Of a stretch of 64,000 nt of DNA, positions 20,340 through 30,401 are shown piece after piece; within the stretch, counting starts at the first letter, position 1, and each line of letters starts with the position of its first letter. This stretch comes from a bacterium (lineage in GTDB: Bacteria > Patescibacteriota > Minisyncoccia > Phycocordibacterales > UBA9973): assembly GCA_037143195.1 (NCBI GenBank), contig JBAWZD010000002.1:3206-67205 (forward strand). Direction: 5' to 3'. The position numbers were made by a program, and so were the translations under genes. Under the pieces are notes generated by a model. The model was not told the origin of the DNA and made no database searches. It worked only from the letters and a program-made list of their open reading frames with translations.

Positions 20340-20474
20340 ATGTCATTCACCTACCAGCCAAAGAAGCGCAAGCGCGCAAAGACCCACGGTTTCCTCGTCC
20401 GCTCAAAGAGCACATCTGGACGTAAGATTCTCGCCAAGAGACGTCAAAAAGGTCGCGCTAAGCTCGCTGTCTAA
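20340..20474 (+). CDS. rpmH: 50S ribosomal protein L34
   Basis: [44 protein letters not shown]. Confidence 0.97.
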   Translation: MSFTYQPKKRKRAKTHGFLVRSKSTSGRKILAKRRQKGRAKLAV

Positions 20475-20483
20475 ATTAAACCT

Positions 20484-20825
20484 ATGCTTCCGAAGCGTTC
20501 TCGCCTATCGAAGCAAACTATAGAAAAGCAGTTGATAAGAGCCCGAAGGATAAAAACTTCGCGGTTTCTTGTTATGTATGACAAAAAGGTTGGAGTAAAC
20601 GCCCCACAGGTATCATTTTCGGTCTCAAAAAAGGTTGCAAACACTGCGGTTTTACGGAACCGCCTACGTCGACGAGGATATTCGGCCGTAGAGGCACTTA
20701 TCCCCGACTTATCCCCAAGTTCCCTTATTTTGGTGTCATATCTCACCCCCGATACACAGACGCCAATCAAGGATTTAACTTTGGAAATTAAGGGTATTTT
20801 TGAAAAAGCCGGTCTTTTACGGTAA
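20484..20825 (+). CDS. rnpA: Ribonuclease P protein component
   Basis: SVSKKVANTAVLRNRLRR motif; synteny. Confidence 0.93.
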   Translation: MLPKRSRLSKQTIEKQLIRARRIKTSRFLVMYDKKVGVNAPQVSFSVSKKVANTAVLRNRLRRRGYSAVEALIPDLSPSSLILVSYLTPDTQTPIKDLTLEIKGIFEKAGLLR

Positions 20826-20828
20826 GCA

Positions 20829-21077
20829 ATGAAAAAAATCCTTATTTTTCTTATATTGGGGTATCAAAAGGTACTTTCACCTGATACTGGCTTCATCCCT
20901 ACCCTGTTTGGACGCAATAAACCAACCTGTATTTACTATCCGACCTGTTCCGAGTATGCCAAGGAGGCAATTATGGAGTATGGGGCCTTCAAAGGCGGCC
21001 GGATGGCGCTCGCTCGTATCGGAAGATGTACCCCATTTCATTCCCCAGGGGTTGATCCTGTACCCAAAAAGTCGTAA
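20829..21077 (+). CDS. yidD: Membrane protein insertion efficiency factor YidD
   Basis: YQKVLSP, CIYYPTCSEYA, RIGRCTPF...GVDPVP. Confidence 0.95.
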   Translation: MKKILIFLILGYQKVLSPDTGFIPTLFGRNKPTCIYYPTCSEYAKEAIMEYGAFKGGRMALARIGRCTPFHSPGVDPVPKKS

Positions 21078-21115
21078 CGCTTTCATTTCAGGTGTGGCTA
21101 GGATAGAATAGCACC

Positions 21116-21835
21116 ATGCATACACTTTGGACTGCGATCTTCTATCGCCCTCTCTATAACGTTCTCTTGTTCTTTATTTCGGTTATCCCCCATGGCGATG
21201 TTGGTGTCGCTGTTATTGTGCTGACATTGCTCGTAAAGTTTATTCTCTTCCCGCTGACACAGAAATCAATCTACTCACAGCTTGAAATGAAGGCGCTTGA
21301 GCCTGAGATTGCGAAGATCAAGGAGACTGTTACCGACAAAGCAGAACAAAGTAAGCGAACCTATGCGCTCTACAAGGAAAAGAAGGTAAACCCATTCTCG
21401 AGTTGCCTTCTTGTGCTTATTCAGCTCCCTGTTATCATCGCGCTCTACTGGGTGTTTTTGAAGGGGCTTGGTACGGGAACAGTTCCTGCCTACTCATTCC
21501 TCCATGCTCCGGACGTGTTTAATATGAAGTTCCTTGGATTCTTTGATATCGCAAAGAGTAGTATCGTGCTCGCCGTTGTTGCTGGTATTACTCAGTATAT
21601 TCAAGGATATTTGGCCAAAGGCCGACAGGGTAAGCCCTCAGGAAGTGGTATGAGCAATCAGTTTGCCGAGACAATGCAGACCCAAATGTTGTATGTCCTT
21701 CCCGTGATGATTGTAATCATCGCATATCGCGTATCTGCTGCTGTTGCGCTTTATTGGATTACGAGTAATATCTTTACTATAGGTCAGGAGCTTTATACGA
21801 GAAACAAGATGAAAAAGGCAGGATTAATTGCCTAA
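21116..21835 (+). CDS. yidC: Membrane protein insertase YidC (short form)
   Basis: LYKEKKVNPFSSCLLVLIQLP, LYWITSNIF. Confidence 0.94.
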   Translation: MHTLWTAIFYRPLYNVLLFFISVIPHGDVGVAVIVLTLLVKFILFPLTQKSIYSQLEMKALEPEIAKIKETVTDKAEQSKRTYALYKEKKVNPFSSCLLVLIQLPVIIALYWVFLKGLGTGTVPAYSFLHAPDVFNMKFLGFFDIAKSSIVLAVVAGITQYIQGYLAKGRQGKPSGSGMSNQFAETMQTQMLYVLPVMIVIIAYRVSAAVALYWITSNIFTIGQELYTRNKMKKAGLIA

Positions 21836-21843
21836 TCTTCTCG

Positions 21844-21869
21844 GAAAAGCCCGCTATCGCGGGCTTTTC
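21844..21869 (+). terminator. Intrinsic terminator
   Basis: GAAAAGCCCGC/GCGGGCTTTTC followed by a T-rich tail. Confidence 0.7.
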
Positions 21870-21885
21870 TTTTCTCAAAAATCAT

Positions 21886-22356
21886 ATGAACAACGAAAAG
21901 ATACATACACACATTAAAGGACTGCTCGAGAAAATCGGCTATGTCGAGAAGGATGTTGAGGTTTCGTATGATGAGAAGACGAATACCTATTGGTTTGCAA
22001 TCACCTCCCCGCACACACGTCTCCTTTTCAACCGCGATGGAGAGGCGCTGCAAGCCCTCAATCACGTTGCGACGAAGCTTGTGGAGCAACTGTTCCGTGA
22101 AGAGCAAACTCGCCCCCGAGTCGTTGTCGACGCAAACGGCCATGAGAAGAAAAAGATCGACAATCTCCGAGCTGTCGCGCACATGATGGCTGAGCGTGCG
22201 CGATATTTTAAATCGAGCATTGAGGTCGAGCCGATGGCTCCCCACGAACGTCGCATTGTGCACGAGTTCTTGTCTGAGATGTCCGATATTACGACGGAAT
22301 CGAAAGGAGAAGGCAAGAATCGTCACGTGGTCATCAAATATACAGGTGGAATGTAA
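21886..22356 (+). CDS. jag: Jag/KhpB-like RNA-binding protein (KH + R3H)
   Basis: GEALQALNH, PMAPHERRIVH, ESKGEGKNRHVVI; follows yidC. Confidence 0.88.
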   Translation: MNNEKIHTHIKGLLEKIGYVEKDVEVSYDEKTNTYWFAITSPHTRLLFNRDGEALQALNHVATKLVEQLFREEQTRPRVVVDANGHEKKKIDNLRAVAHMMAERARYFKSSIEVEPMAPHERRIVHEFLSEMSDITTESKGEGKNRHVVIKYTGGM

Positions 22357-22394
22357 ACAAAAAACCTCTTGGAATTCCAAGAGGTTTTTTGTTT
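22355..22394. terminator. Bidirectional terminator
   Basis: 40-bp perfect palindrome AAACAAAAAACCTCTTGGAA/TTCCAAGAGGTTTTTTGTTT. Confidence 0.75.
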
Positions 22395-22395
22395 G

Positions 22396-23733
22396 CTAAT
22401 TTATTGTAGGAGAAGGTGACGCTTGCCTCGAAGTGTCGTTCGGTGGTGTGAGGTTGAACGACCAGAGTGAGTCGTCGTTCTTGTTTGTGAAGAAAAGATA
22501 CCCCTCTTTCTGGTCAATTGCGAGGTTTGTAACATCGAGATTGTTTCCTTCCCCGTCGTCGAGAAGAGTCGTTCGGCCACTTTGCGGATTTATTTTCCAA
22601 AGAGAATCATTGAAGTGCGCAAGACCCTGATACCAATCATCCGGATATGTACCCGACGGTACGTCGGTGCTTGAGCCGCAGTAGATGGCAGTGCTTGTGC
22701 TATTCCAAACGCATTTTTCAGGAAGAGTAGAAAGCCCGGTATTAAATTCGAGTCCGTCCGATAGATGTTTTACGTAAAGGACAAGCGAATTGTTTTTTGA
22801 AACACTGTAAAGGACATTCTTTCCGTCGGGACTAATCTTTGTGGTGAGCCCATTAACGTCGCCAACAATTTTGCTAAATACTCCGTTTTTTAAGACAAAG
22901 TAAGCATTTCCCGCGACGTTTGCAGATGCCTTTGTTGTTACAATCGGATTTGTTGATGACCAATCAAGAAGCCATTCTGAGAACGGGCTTGAGAATAGTT
23001 GCGCCTTGGATGATCCGTCGGCTTTCATTGTCATTCCTGCCACGCCGGAGGTTGTCGGAAGGAGGAAGAAGAAGTTTTTTGAATCAAACGAGGGTACGAT
23101 TTCAGAAATATTGTCGGGAAGAAAATCTCCTCGGGTCGTACCGCTCGTCGTTGCATCAATTGCTGGGGTTATTTGGCCAAGGAACGAAGAGATTGTTTGA
23201 TTGTCGCTTCCAGCATATCGAAGAACGACCGCTGCGCCATTGTTCCCAAATACCGCCTCGACAGTATGGGCAATGATTGTCCCCGACTGCTTGATGAGCC
23301 CTTCTTTGTTTGCATTGATATCATAAATATATCCTGTTCCCTTTTCTGCGAACCGAATGACAGGGAGAGGCGCTGGCGCAAATTTTTGAGCTCCTGTGGG
23401 GTCGTTGATGTCAACAGTAGCAACAGGTTTTGTTACTACGGGCGGAAGAACGATGAGTCCCGCAGTGAGCTTTGTTGAAAGTTGAATAAGACGAGGGGCC
23501 GGTTTTGCTTGGTCTGTGTTTGAGGGTTCAGTATTTGTGTTTCCTGTTCCTACATTTGTGCTTCCTGTAGAGGCTGGCGTTGTCGTTTTGCTTGGTCCAA
23601 ACGGAAACAACGATCCGATGGATGTTGTCGGTGACCCAGGAGTAGACGATTTACTTTGAAGCGAAAAATAGAACCAAACTCCGAGAAGGAGTAAGAGTAA
23701 TGCGATGATAACAAGAAGTGTTCGTCGAGACAT
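22396..23733 (-). CDS. Membrane-anchored hypothetical protein, probable beta-propeller (TolB-like)
   Basis: N-terminal TM, Thr/Pro linker, ISPDGKNVLY, TLPEKCVW, PDDWYQG. Confidence 0.8.
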   Translation of the reverse strand: MSRRTLLVIIALLLLLLGVWFYFSLQSKSSTPGSPTTSIGSLFPFGPSKTTTPASTGSTNVGTGNTNTEPSNTDQAKPAPRLIQLSTKLTAGLIVLPPVVTKPVATVDINDPTGAQKFAPAPLPVIRFAEKGTGYIYDINANKEGLIKQSGTIIAHTVEAVFGNNGAAVVLRYAGSDNQTISSFLGQITPAIDATTSGTTRGDFLPDNISEIVPSFDSKNFFFLLPTTSGVAGMTMKADGSSKAQLFSSPFSEWLLDWSSTNPIVTTKASANVAGNAYFVLKNGVFSKIVGDVNGLTTKISPDGKNVLYSVSKNNSLVLYVKHLSDGLEFNTGLSTLPEKCVWNSTSTAIYCGSSTDVPSGTYPDDWYQGLAHFNDSLWKINPQSGRTTLLDDGEGNNLDVTNLAIDQKEGYLFFTNKNDDSLWSFNLTPPNDTSRQASPSPTIN

Positions 23734-23766
23734 TCGTATCTTTATTGTACCACGGAGGAATGAGCC

Positions 23767-25611
23767 CTACCACCCGCAGTGTACGTGGTTTTCGTGTTGG
23801 CTGTTTGTTCGGTACCCCGTTACTGGACAAGCGATAAAACTATTTTGTCCTTTTCCAAGCCCATTGCAGGGACCAAATATTTGTCGAGGATTTGCTCCGG
23901 CCGCTCTGCAGATGTCCATAATTTTTTTGGCTGTTGTTGTGCTATATGAAAACGAAGCTCCTCCGATATCAAACGCGAGACCTCGGTAGTGAGCTGATCC
24001 CTTTGTGTGTTGTCCGCCTAACAGTTCTGTGACATTAACTGAGCCAACATTATTTGCAACAACAAGGAGTCCTGCGAGCATTCTTGAATCAAGACTCGCC
24101 TGTATTTGCCCGCCTTGTCTGGAGGGGCTTGTCCACGCGGCGACTCCATTCGCTGTGTCGGTTATGTTTTGGATAACACTCGATTTCGCGTCTTGTGATC
24201 CCCATGCGGGACTCAAGGTGATATTTCGATTTTGAAGAATTTGTTTTGCAAGATCTTGGGCTGACCCCGTAGGCAAGGTTACTGTCATGTTAGATGGGCT
24301 ATCACCGGGGACACTAAGGCCTGAGTCGTCGCTCTCGAGTCCTTCTTCTCCTAAATCTATTTCTGCCTGCGGAGCCGAAACAGTAATATTCACCAAGTTA
24401 GGGTTAATGGTATTGAGTATGAGATATGAAGAGAGTGCAAGCACTACTCCCCCAAGAGCACCAATGATACGAGTCTTTGCCCCCTCCTTCTCTCCAACTT
24501 GTACACTCGACATATATTCAATACCACCAACGACAACCATGAAGACAGCAAATACCATGATGAGACCCATGATGAGCTTAATCATTCCTTTGAGGTAATC
24601 ACCAACACCAGTAGAGACATTTAGCTTCCCTGTTGGATCAATCTTACCCTGAGCATCCACAATGGGAAGTGGTGCAAGCATACAGTAGGTGTTGTTCTGT
24701 CCGTCTGTGGAACAACCGTAGGCGTTTGGGCCGAAGCCGGCGGTCGTACTTGTTCCACTTGTTGAGACGCTTGGGACGGTGAAGTCTTTGAAGGAGGTAA
24801 AAAACAAATCATTAAATTTGAGAGCAAAAACATACTGTCCTCCAGGGAGGAGTCCTGTAAGTGTTATTTTAAACGAGTGGGGATTGTTTGACGCGTCGAG
24901 TGCTGCTTGGTCAGGAATCTTTGTCTGCCATGAAATCGCTTGAGCATACGTGCCAGCCGATGAAGTCTGTGACTTTACGCCACTGTACCAAACTTTCACA
25001 TCGTTCCACTGACCGTTGTTTTTTATTTGATCAAGCGCTTCTTGGTTGAGGTCCCCCGTGATTGTTACTCCGTCAGCTGTCGGTGTTGTTACAAGATTTG
25101 TGACATCGGGGCCAGATTTTCCGAGCGGAACATCCATGATGTTAAAATACTCAATGTTCGTGAGGGGCCAGCTGTCACGTGTAAGCGCGCTCTGCAAGAA
25201 AATCTCATCTCCAAAAGTGCCGTAATCGGTGAATTGGGGAATCGTACACGTAAAGTTTGGGTCTGTGTCAGAGGAACTATCTTTGACACACTTTTTTCGA
25301 TACAAGAAAACTCCGTTGATGACGCCTGTTGCATGGGTTTCAAGATATGCTTGGTTGATACTTGGGTCTGTTATGAGAACATAGGCAAGTTCGACTTGGC
25401 GTGAAAGAGGAGCAAGGGAATAATAGTCAATGAGTGCCGGACCATCCAGCTTGACGTGCATTGTTCTTGAAAGCACTCCGTCTGTGCGCGCGGTTTCAGT
25501 CTGTCCAATGAAAGCTCTTCCTCCCCCGACGGTGTCTGCTCTAGTCGTTGGTGTGTTAAATAAAAAGGCAGACAAGAAAAGTGCACTAACAATGAGAATT
25601 TTTTTGTACAT
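23767..25611 (-). CDS. Pilin-like (TrbC/VirB2-type two-helix core) protein with C-terminal M15/LAS-type Zn peptidase domain
   Basis: Signal peptide; Fn3-like domain; core GGIEYMSS...EGAKTRIIGALGGVVLALSSYLILNTINPNL; C-terminal SAHYRGLAFDI (H-x6-D) and HENHVH (H-x-H). Confidence 0.82.
   Translation of the reverse strand: MYKKILIVSALFLSAFLFNTPTTRADTVGGGRAFIGQTETARTDGVLSRTMHVKLDGPALIDYYSLAPLSRQVELAYVLITDPSINQAYLETHATGVINGVFLYRKKCVKDSSSDTDPNFTCTIPQFTDYGTFGDEIFLQSALTRDSWPLTNIEYFNIMDVPLGKSGPDVTNLVTTPTADGVTITGDLNQEALDQIKNNGQWNDVKVWYSGVKSQTSSAGTYAQAISWQTKIPDQAALDASNNPHSFKITLTGLLPGGQYVFALKFNDLFFTSFKDFTVPSVSTSGTSTTAGFGPNAYGCSTDGQNNTYCMLAPLPIVDAQGKIDPTGKLNVSTGVGDYLKGMIKLIMGLIMVFAVFMVVVGGIEYMSSVQVGEKEGAKTRIIGALGGVVLALSSYLILNTINPNLVNITVSAPQAEIDLGEEGLESDDSGLSVPGDSPSNMTVTLPTGSAQDLAKQILQNRNITLSPAWGSQDAKSSVIQNITDTANGVAAWTSPSRQGGQIQASLDSRMLAGLLVVANNVGSVNVTELLGGQHTKGSAHYRGLAFDIGGASFSYSTTTAKKIMDICRAAGANPRQIFGPCNGLGKGQNSFIACPVTGYRTNSQHENHVHCGW
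24365..24743. repeat. 379-bp direct repeat, copy 1 (identical to 27266-27644)
   Basis: Base-by-base reading found no mismatch from GCCTGCGGAGCC to CCGAAGCCGGCGG. Confidence 0.93.
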
Positions 25612-25612
25612 A

Positions 25613-26608
25613 TTACTGCAAGTGAAGCGTTAGACTCGACTGGAGTTCTTGAAAAAGTTTTGTCGTGTTCAACATTGAAACATTCACGAGGGCGTCTCCT
25701 TTGTCGGAGTTACTTCTGTGGAGAAAGAGAGTGTTTGGGTTCGCTGGTGAGTTGAGTGTGTTCCCATTCAGCGACCACGTGTATGAAATCTGGCTTGAGG
25801 TTGGGTTGCCTGGGGAAAAAAAGTATGGAAACACGACGAGCGAGACATCACTATCCTTTACGGTGTAATCATCGGTAAGAGCATGATTGTAAAGCGTTCC
25901 GTAGAGAGGGCTCCCTGCGTACCACACAAGTTTTGGGTCAGACGGATCAAGCGCAATATCATTTGAAGCAGCGACTGTCCCGTCTCGTCCTGAGATATCT
26001 AATCCGATATGTCTGGTTGGATTTACATAGTCCATCGCAGTAGAAAATACATTTTTACCAAAACCAGAGTGTGCATCGTCCGGATTGTATTCGTCGCGCC
26101 ATTCATACAAGAAACCGCTCGTCGGAATGAGCGATCCTGCACCATCAAGCACTTGTGGAATTGCAACGAACTTCACTTTTGATTCAGAGGTGACCAGTGC
26201 TTTACCTCGATAAAATGGGGGCACGACTGAATCAGTTGCTTGCCAAAGGATGTCTACAGAGGAAGGAACGACGGTAATTGTTTGAACGATAGGAAGACTG
26301 CCAACGGGCGTGATTGTTACGGTTACAACTGTTGGGCTCCCAAGTTTTTTTGTTGTGATTGTGTATTTGTTGTATCCAATCCCGCCAACAGTTTTGCCTC
26401 CATCGACAGTCCAATCAATCTCGGCTGTTTGAAGTGAGAATGAATACGTGTTTACTGTCAGTGTTACTTGTTGATTTGGCCCAGGGCTTGTTGGGAAAAG
26501 GCTGACCGAGACACTCGCGCCCCCAAGTGCCTGAGCGTTCGTGATGTTTGCAAAAGAAACGACACATAGAACGATGAGAACAAAGATGGTGCATGCTCGA
26601 CGAATCAT
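25613..26608 (-). CDS. Secreted hypothetical protein with Ig-like beta-sandwich domains
   Basis: Signal peptide; PTSPGPNQQVTLTV, VDILWQA...VPPFYRGKAL, YTWSLNG. Confidence 0.8.
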   Translation of the reverse strand: MIRRACTIFVLIVLCVVSFANITNAQALGGASVSVSLFPTSPGPNQQVTLTVNTYSFSLQTAEIDWTVDGGKTVGGIGYNKYTITTKKLGSPTVVTVTITPVGSLPIVQTITVVPSSVDILWQATDSVVPPFYRGKALVTSESKVKFVAIPQVLDGAGSLIPTSGFLYEWRDEYNPDDAHSGFGKNVFSTAMDYVNPTRHIGLDISGRDGTVAASNDIALDPSDPKLVWYAGSPLYGTLYNHALTDDYTVKDSDVSLVVFPYFFSPGNPTSSQISYTWSLNGNTLNSPANPNTLFLHRSNSDKGDALVNVSMLNTTKLFQELQSSLTLHLQ

Positions 26609-26658
26609 CTTTCAATTATACGACAGGAGCGCCGAGAACAAAAGGAATTATGTACGAT

Positions 26659-28539
26659 TTAACAACCCCACCCTTCCGATGTGAGTTTGTTGTAGTTGTT
26701 GAGGACGGTGTCTACGTATCGCTTTGTTTGACGGTAGCTCCCTGGGCGCGGTGTCCAGTTTACATAACACTCCCACAGCGTCGTTCCGGGGCAACTTGCG
26801 CTCGCTTTGTTTGCTTTTGGGCCACCGTTGTATGCCGCGGCGAGGTTTTTGAGAGAAGAAGCATCACAAATATTGCTTGCCGGTGCGTTATTGCAGGCCG
26901 TTGTTTTGAGAGTTTCAACATATTTTGCTGCTGCGTCTGCTGCCACGGACGGGTTTGACCATTGTGATTGATCAGTATATCCGAGTCCTCTCCATGTTGC
27001 TGGCATCATTTGCATTAATCCGTATGCCCCTACCGAGCTTGTTGCGGTAGGATTTCCATTCGATTCTCGATACATGATTGCTTTGAGGAATGTGCACGAA
27101 ACATTGTGTTTCGTTGCTGCTGCCGCGAGCACACTATTGTAATCAGTATTGTTTGACTTCACGTCCGTCGTTCCGGTTGGAGCGGATCCGCTTCCTGCCG
27201 TTTCTGGTGGCAGCGGCTGTCCAATATCTGCTGTCGGAGTGTAGTCATCATCCATTTTTATCACCGCCTGCGGAGCCGAAACAGTAATATTCACCAAGTT
27301 AGGGTTAATGGTATTGAGTATGAGATATGAAGAGAGTGCAAGCACTACTCCCCCAAGAGCACCAATGATACGAGTCTTTGCCCCCTCCTTCTCTCCAACT
27401 TGTACACTCGACATATATTCAATACCACCAACGACAACCATGAAGACAGCAAATACCATGATGAGACCCATGATGAGCTTAATCATTCCTTTGAGGTAAT
27501 CACCAACACCAGTAGAGACATTTAGCTTCCCTGTTGGATCAATCTTACCCTGAGCATCCACAATGGGAAGTGGTGCAAGCATACAGTAGGTGTTGTTCTG
27601 TCCGTCTGTGGAACAACCGTAGGCGTTTGGGCCGAAGCCGGCGGGGGTTGTGCTGGCAGCCACATCACTTGGGATGAGGAGGTCTTTATAGGAAGTAAAA
27701 AAAATATAATCGTTTGTGTTTCCTGGTCCGTATTCAAGAGCAAAAATATATGATCCATTTGGTTTCAGGCCCGTGAGTGACACTTTGAAAGACTGAGGGT
27801 TGTTGGTTGAATCAAGGCCGGCCTGGTCAGGTATCTTGCTTTGCCAATTGACAATTTTTGCGTATGTTCCTGCTTGTGATGTTGTTTTTTCTACTTCCGA
27901 ATAAAAAAACTTAAGATCATTCCACTGACCCTCTTTTTTTAATTCGTCGAGAGCCGCCTGGTTAAAATCTCCTGAAATGGTCGCTCCTTCTGTTGTTGGT
28001 GTAACTACGAGGTTTGTAATATCTGGACCAGATTTTCCATAGGGAACATCCATAACGTTAAAGTACTCAATGTTTGTGAGTGGCCAGCTGTCCCTTGTAA
28101 GAGGTTGTTGAATGAATATCTCATCAGCGAATGTTCCATAATTACCAATTTTGAGTGTAGTGCATGTGAAGTTCGGGTCGTCTTTAGCGGAGGTGTCATG
28201 CGTGCACTCTTTTCGATATACGAAAACCCCGTTGATGATTCCAAGAGCATGTGTTGTCAAGTAATCTTGATTGATTGACGGATCAGTAACTTGCGTGTAT
28301 GCAAGTTCAACTTGCACCCCTACTGAATGGTACAGGGTAAGTGCTTCAGGGTTTAATTTAACGTGAATTGTTCGAACGAGTTCTCCGTTTGTGCGAGAAA
28401 AATCGGTGCCTTCGATCGAAGCAGCTTCTTTCCCCGTTGCGAAGTCCGCATACGCTGGCTTCGTTGGTGCGAGGAAAGCAATAAGAAAGGCAATCGCTAA
28501 AAGTGCTAGTTGGGAGAAAACTTTTTTCGTGAATCGCAT
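26659..28539 (-). CDS. Pilin-like protein with C-terminal soluble lytic transglycosylase (SLT) domain
   Basis: Paralog of 23767-25611; C-terminal KAIMYRESNGNPTATSSVGAYGLMQMMPAT and AAAYNGGP motifs. Confidence 0.87.
   Translation of the reverse strand: MRFTKKVFSQLALLAIAFLIAFLAPTKPAYADFATGKEAASIEGTDFSRTNGELVRTIHVKLNPEALTLYHSVGVQVELAYTQVTDPSINQDYLTTHALGIINGVFVYRKECTHDTSAKDDPNFTCTTLKIGNYGTFADEIFIQQPLTRDSWPLTNIEYFNVMDVPYGKSGPDITNLVVTPTTEGATISGDFNQAALDELKKEGQWNDLKFFYSEVEKTTSQAGTYAKIVNWQSKIPDQAGLDSTNNPQSFKVSLTGLKPNGSYIFALEYGPGNTNDYIFFTSYKDLLIPSDVAASTTPAGFGPNAYGCSTDGQNNTYCMLAPLPIVDAQGKIDPTGKLNVSTGVGDYLKGMIKLIMGLIMVFAVFMVVVGGIEYMSSVQVGEKEGAKTRIIGALGGVVLALSSYLILNTINPNLVNITVSAPQAVIKMDDDYTPTADIGQPLPPETAGSGSAPTGTTDVKSNNTDYNSVLAAAATKHNVSCTFLKAIMYRESNGNPTATSSVGAYGLMQMMPATWRGLGYTDQSQWSNPSVAADAAAKYVETLKTTACNNAPASNICDASSLKNLAAAYNGGPKANKASASCPGTTLWECYVNWTPRPGSYRQTKRYVDTVLNNYNKLTSEGWGC
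27266..27644. repeat. 379-bp direct repeat, copy 2
   Basis: Identical to 24365-24743. Confidence 0.93.
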
Positions 28540-28552
28540 GTACTAAATAGTA

Positions 28553-30397
28553 CTACCCTTTTACTGCTTGGGCTAGGTCTGAACGTGATTTTTGAAGTGC
28601 GAGAATTTGTGAAGGGTCACTCGTAATGAGCTGGTCTTCTGTGTACGAGGCAATAATTTTGATGGCAACGTGCTTAAGGCCTGCGAAGAATATGCCCTCT
28701 CCTTTGTTACATTCAAGCAAAAGATATTTTTCTTCATCGGTGAGGTTGAATGTTTTTTGGAGTGTATCAACAGTTGACGGTGACTGCTTGAGGAGGAGTT
28801 GCAGTGAGGAGTTTGTAACAATCGGCACTCCGTAGGGGCTCTTCATAAAGTCGCCCACGTCTTGAGTGATTGTTGCAAGACCAAGGAAGTATTTACGTCC
28901 ACGTTTTGCAATCGAGAAAAGGAACGAAGCAGTATCTTCGGACTTCATCATCCACCACGCCTCATCCACGACAAGCAGGCGTTTCTTGATGTTTTTGCGA
29001 ACCTCGTTCCAGATGAAGTGCGTCACGATGTACATTGCTGCTGGCTTGAGATCGTCTTCCATGTCTCGCACTGAAAAGACAACGAATTTCTTGTTGATGT
29101 CGACGTTTGATGGCTGGTTGATGAATCCTGCCCATGAACCGTGCGTATATTTTGAAAGGCGTGAGACAAGTGACTCTGTTCCTTCCATTCCGGTGAGCAC
29201 CATTTCAAAGTCAGAGAGGAGTGGTGGCTCGACTTGTGAAAAATCAGATTCAGGTGTGATGTCTTTGATAGCGTACGTTTCCATGATTGCACGGTCGATA
29301 ACAGAATCTTCTTCTGGGGTGAGTCCTCCAAGCATGATACGGAAGAGTCCAACGAGATTGATGACGTTTCCGCGGAGAATATCGTTTGCAGTCTCCCCTT
29401 CGCCTGGGAGTGGAAGATCAAACGGGTTGATGTGTGAGCCAGAGTTGAGGGAGATATTGAAATAGCGTCCACCGAGTGCTTCAGCGAGGCGTTCATATTC
29501 ACGTTCTGGATCGATAACGATGACTTCGGTATCAAACATGAGTGTTCGGATGATCTCGAGTTTTGTCGCGTATGATTTTCCGGCTCCAGATGTCGCGAAA
29601 ATGATTGAGTTGTAGTTGTCGAGACTGAAGCGGTCGAAAATAATGAGTGAAGAATTGTGGCGGTTCACTCCATAGAGGATTCCTTTGTCTGCTGTCAGGT
29701 CAAATGAGACGAATGGAAAAAAGCTCGAAAGAGGTTCCGAGTTGAGCTTTTGGTATATCTGAAGGTGGTCGTCCTCGAGCGGAAGGACACTCTTAAAGCC
29801 GTCGTCTTGCTGGAAAAGTGCGGGCTTAAAATAAATCAGCTTTGATTCGAGCATCGACTTGATTTCGTTCTCTACCTTGTAGAGTTCAGTGTCGTTGTCT
29901 GCGTATATTGTTAGATAGAGACCAACATCAAACATTTTTTCCTGTGCTTGAGTAAGGCGGTCACGCAAGTCCTCAAGGTTGCGGTTGGCCATATCGAGCT
30001 GTGGGTCACGGACAAGACCTCTCGCCTCTCGAGTCATGATCTGACTTTGTACTTCAGCAACTTTCTTTTGGAAGTCTCGAAGAATCTGCGCGGTGTCTGC
30101 TGGGTGAATCGTAATCGAAATATCAAAAACTTTGTCGAGGTTGATGACTGGAGAGAGCCAATTGTCTGTAAGCGTGGAAGGATATGAAATGACGAAATAG
30201 GTTCGAGCTGTCTTGTCTCCAAGATTGATTGCTTTCGGTTCAATCTTAAGCGCCGAGGGAGCAATGATATCTTTGAGTTCAAGAGACGCCGCTTCGTAGA
30301 TTTCTTCAGGAAGTACCGGCATAGCATTCGCTTGGATTTTTCCATCACGAGCTGTGTCAGTAGTATTCTTTTTTTTGAAAAGGCCAAAGAAATCCAT
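28553..30397 (-). CDS. VirB4-like ATPase
   Basis: Walker A ATSGAGKS, VIDPEREY, INPFDL, Walker B VVDEAW, KRGRKY, TITQDV; start trimmed to MDFFG. Confidence 0.92.
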   Translation of the reverse strand: MDFFGLFKKKNTTDTARDGKIQANAMPVLPEEIYEAASLELKDIIAPSALKIEPKAINLGDKTARTYFVISYPSTLTDNWLSPVINLDKVFDISITIHPADTAQILRDFQKKVAEVQSQIMTREARGLVRDPQLDMANRNLEDLRDRLTQAQEKMFDVGLYLTIYADNDTELYKVENEIKSMLESKLIYFKPALFQQDDGFKSVLPLEDDHLQIYQKLNSEPLSSFFPFVSFDLTADKGILYGVNRHNSSLIIFDRFSLDNYNSIIFATSGAGKSYATKLEIIRTLMFDTEVIVIDPEREYERLAEALGGRYFNISLNSGSHINPFDLPLPGEGETANDILRGNVINLVGLFRIMLGGLTPEEDSVIDRAIMETYAIKDITPESDFSQVEPPLLSDFEMVLTGMEGTESLVSRLSKYTHGSWAGFINQPSNVDINKKFVVFSVRDMEDDLKPAAMYIVTHFIWNEVRKNIKKRLLVVDEAWWMMKSEDTASFLFSIAKRGRKYFLGLATITQDVGDFMKSPYGVPIVTNSSLQLLLKQSPSTVDTLQKTFNLTDEEKYLLLECNKGEGIFFAGLKHVAIKIIASYTEDQLITSDPSQILALQKSRSDLAQAVKG

Positions 30398-30401
30398 ATG
30401 A

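Noticed and set aside
11941-22356. Short YebC, YidC and Jag (and the reduced 3'-5' exonuclease region of PolA) as pseudogenes
   Set aside because: Frames are intact with key motifs; compact forms are expected in streamlined or monoderm genomes
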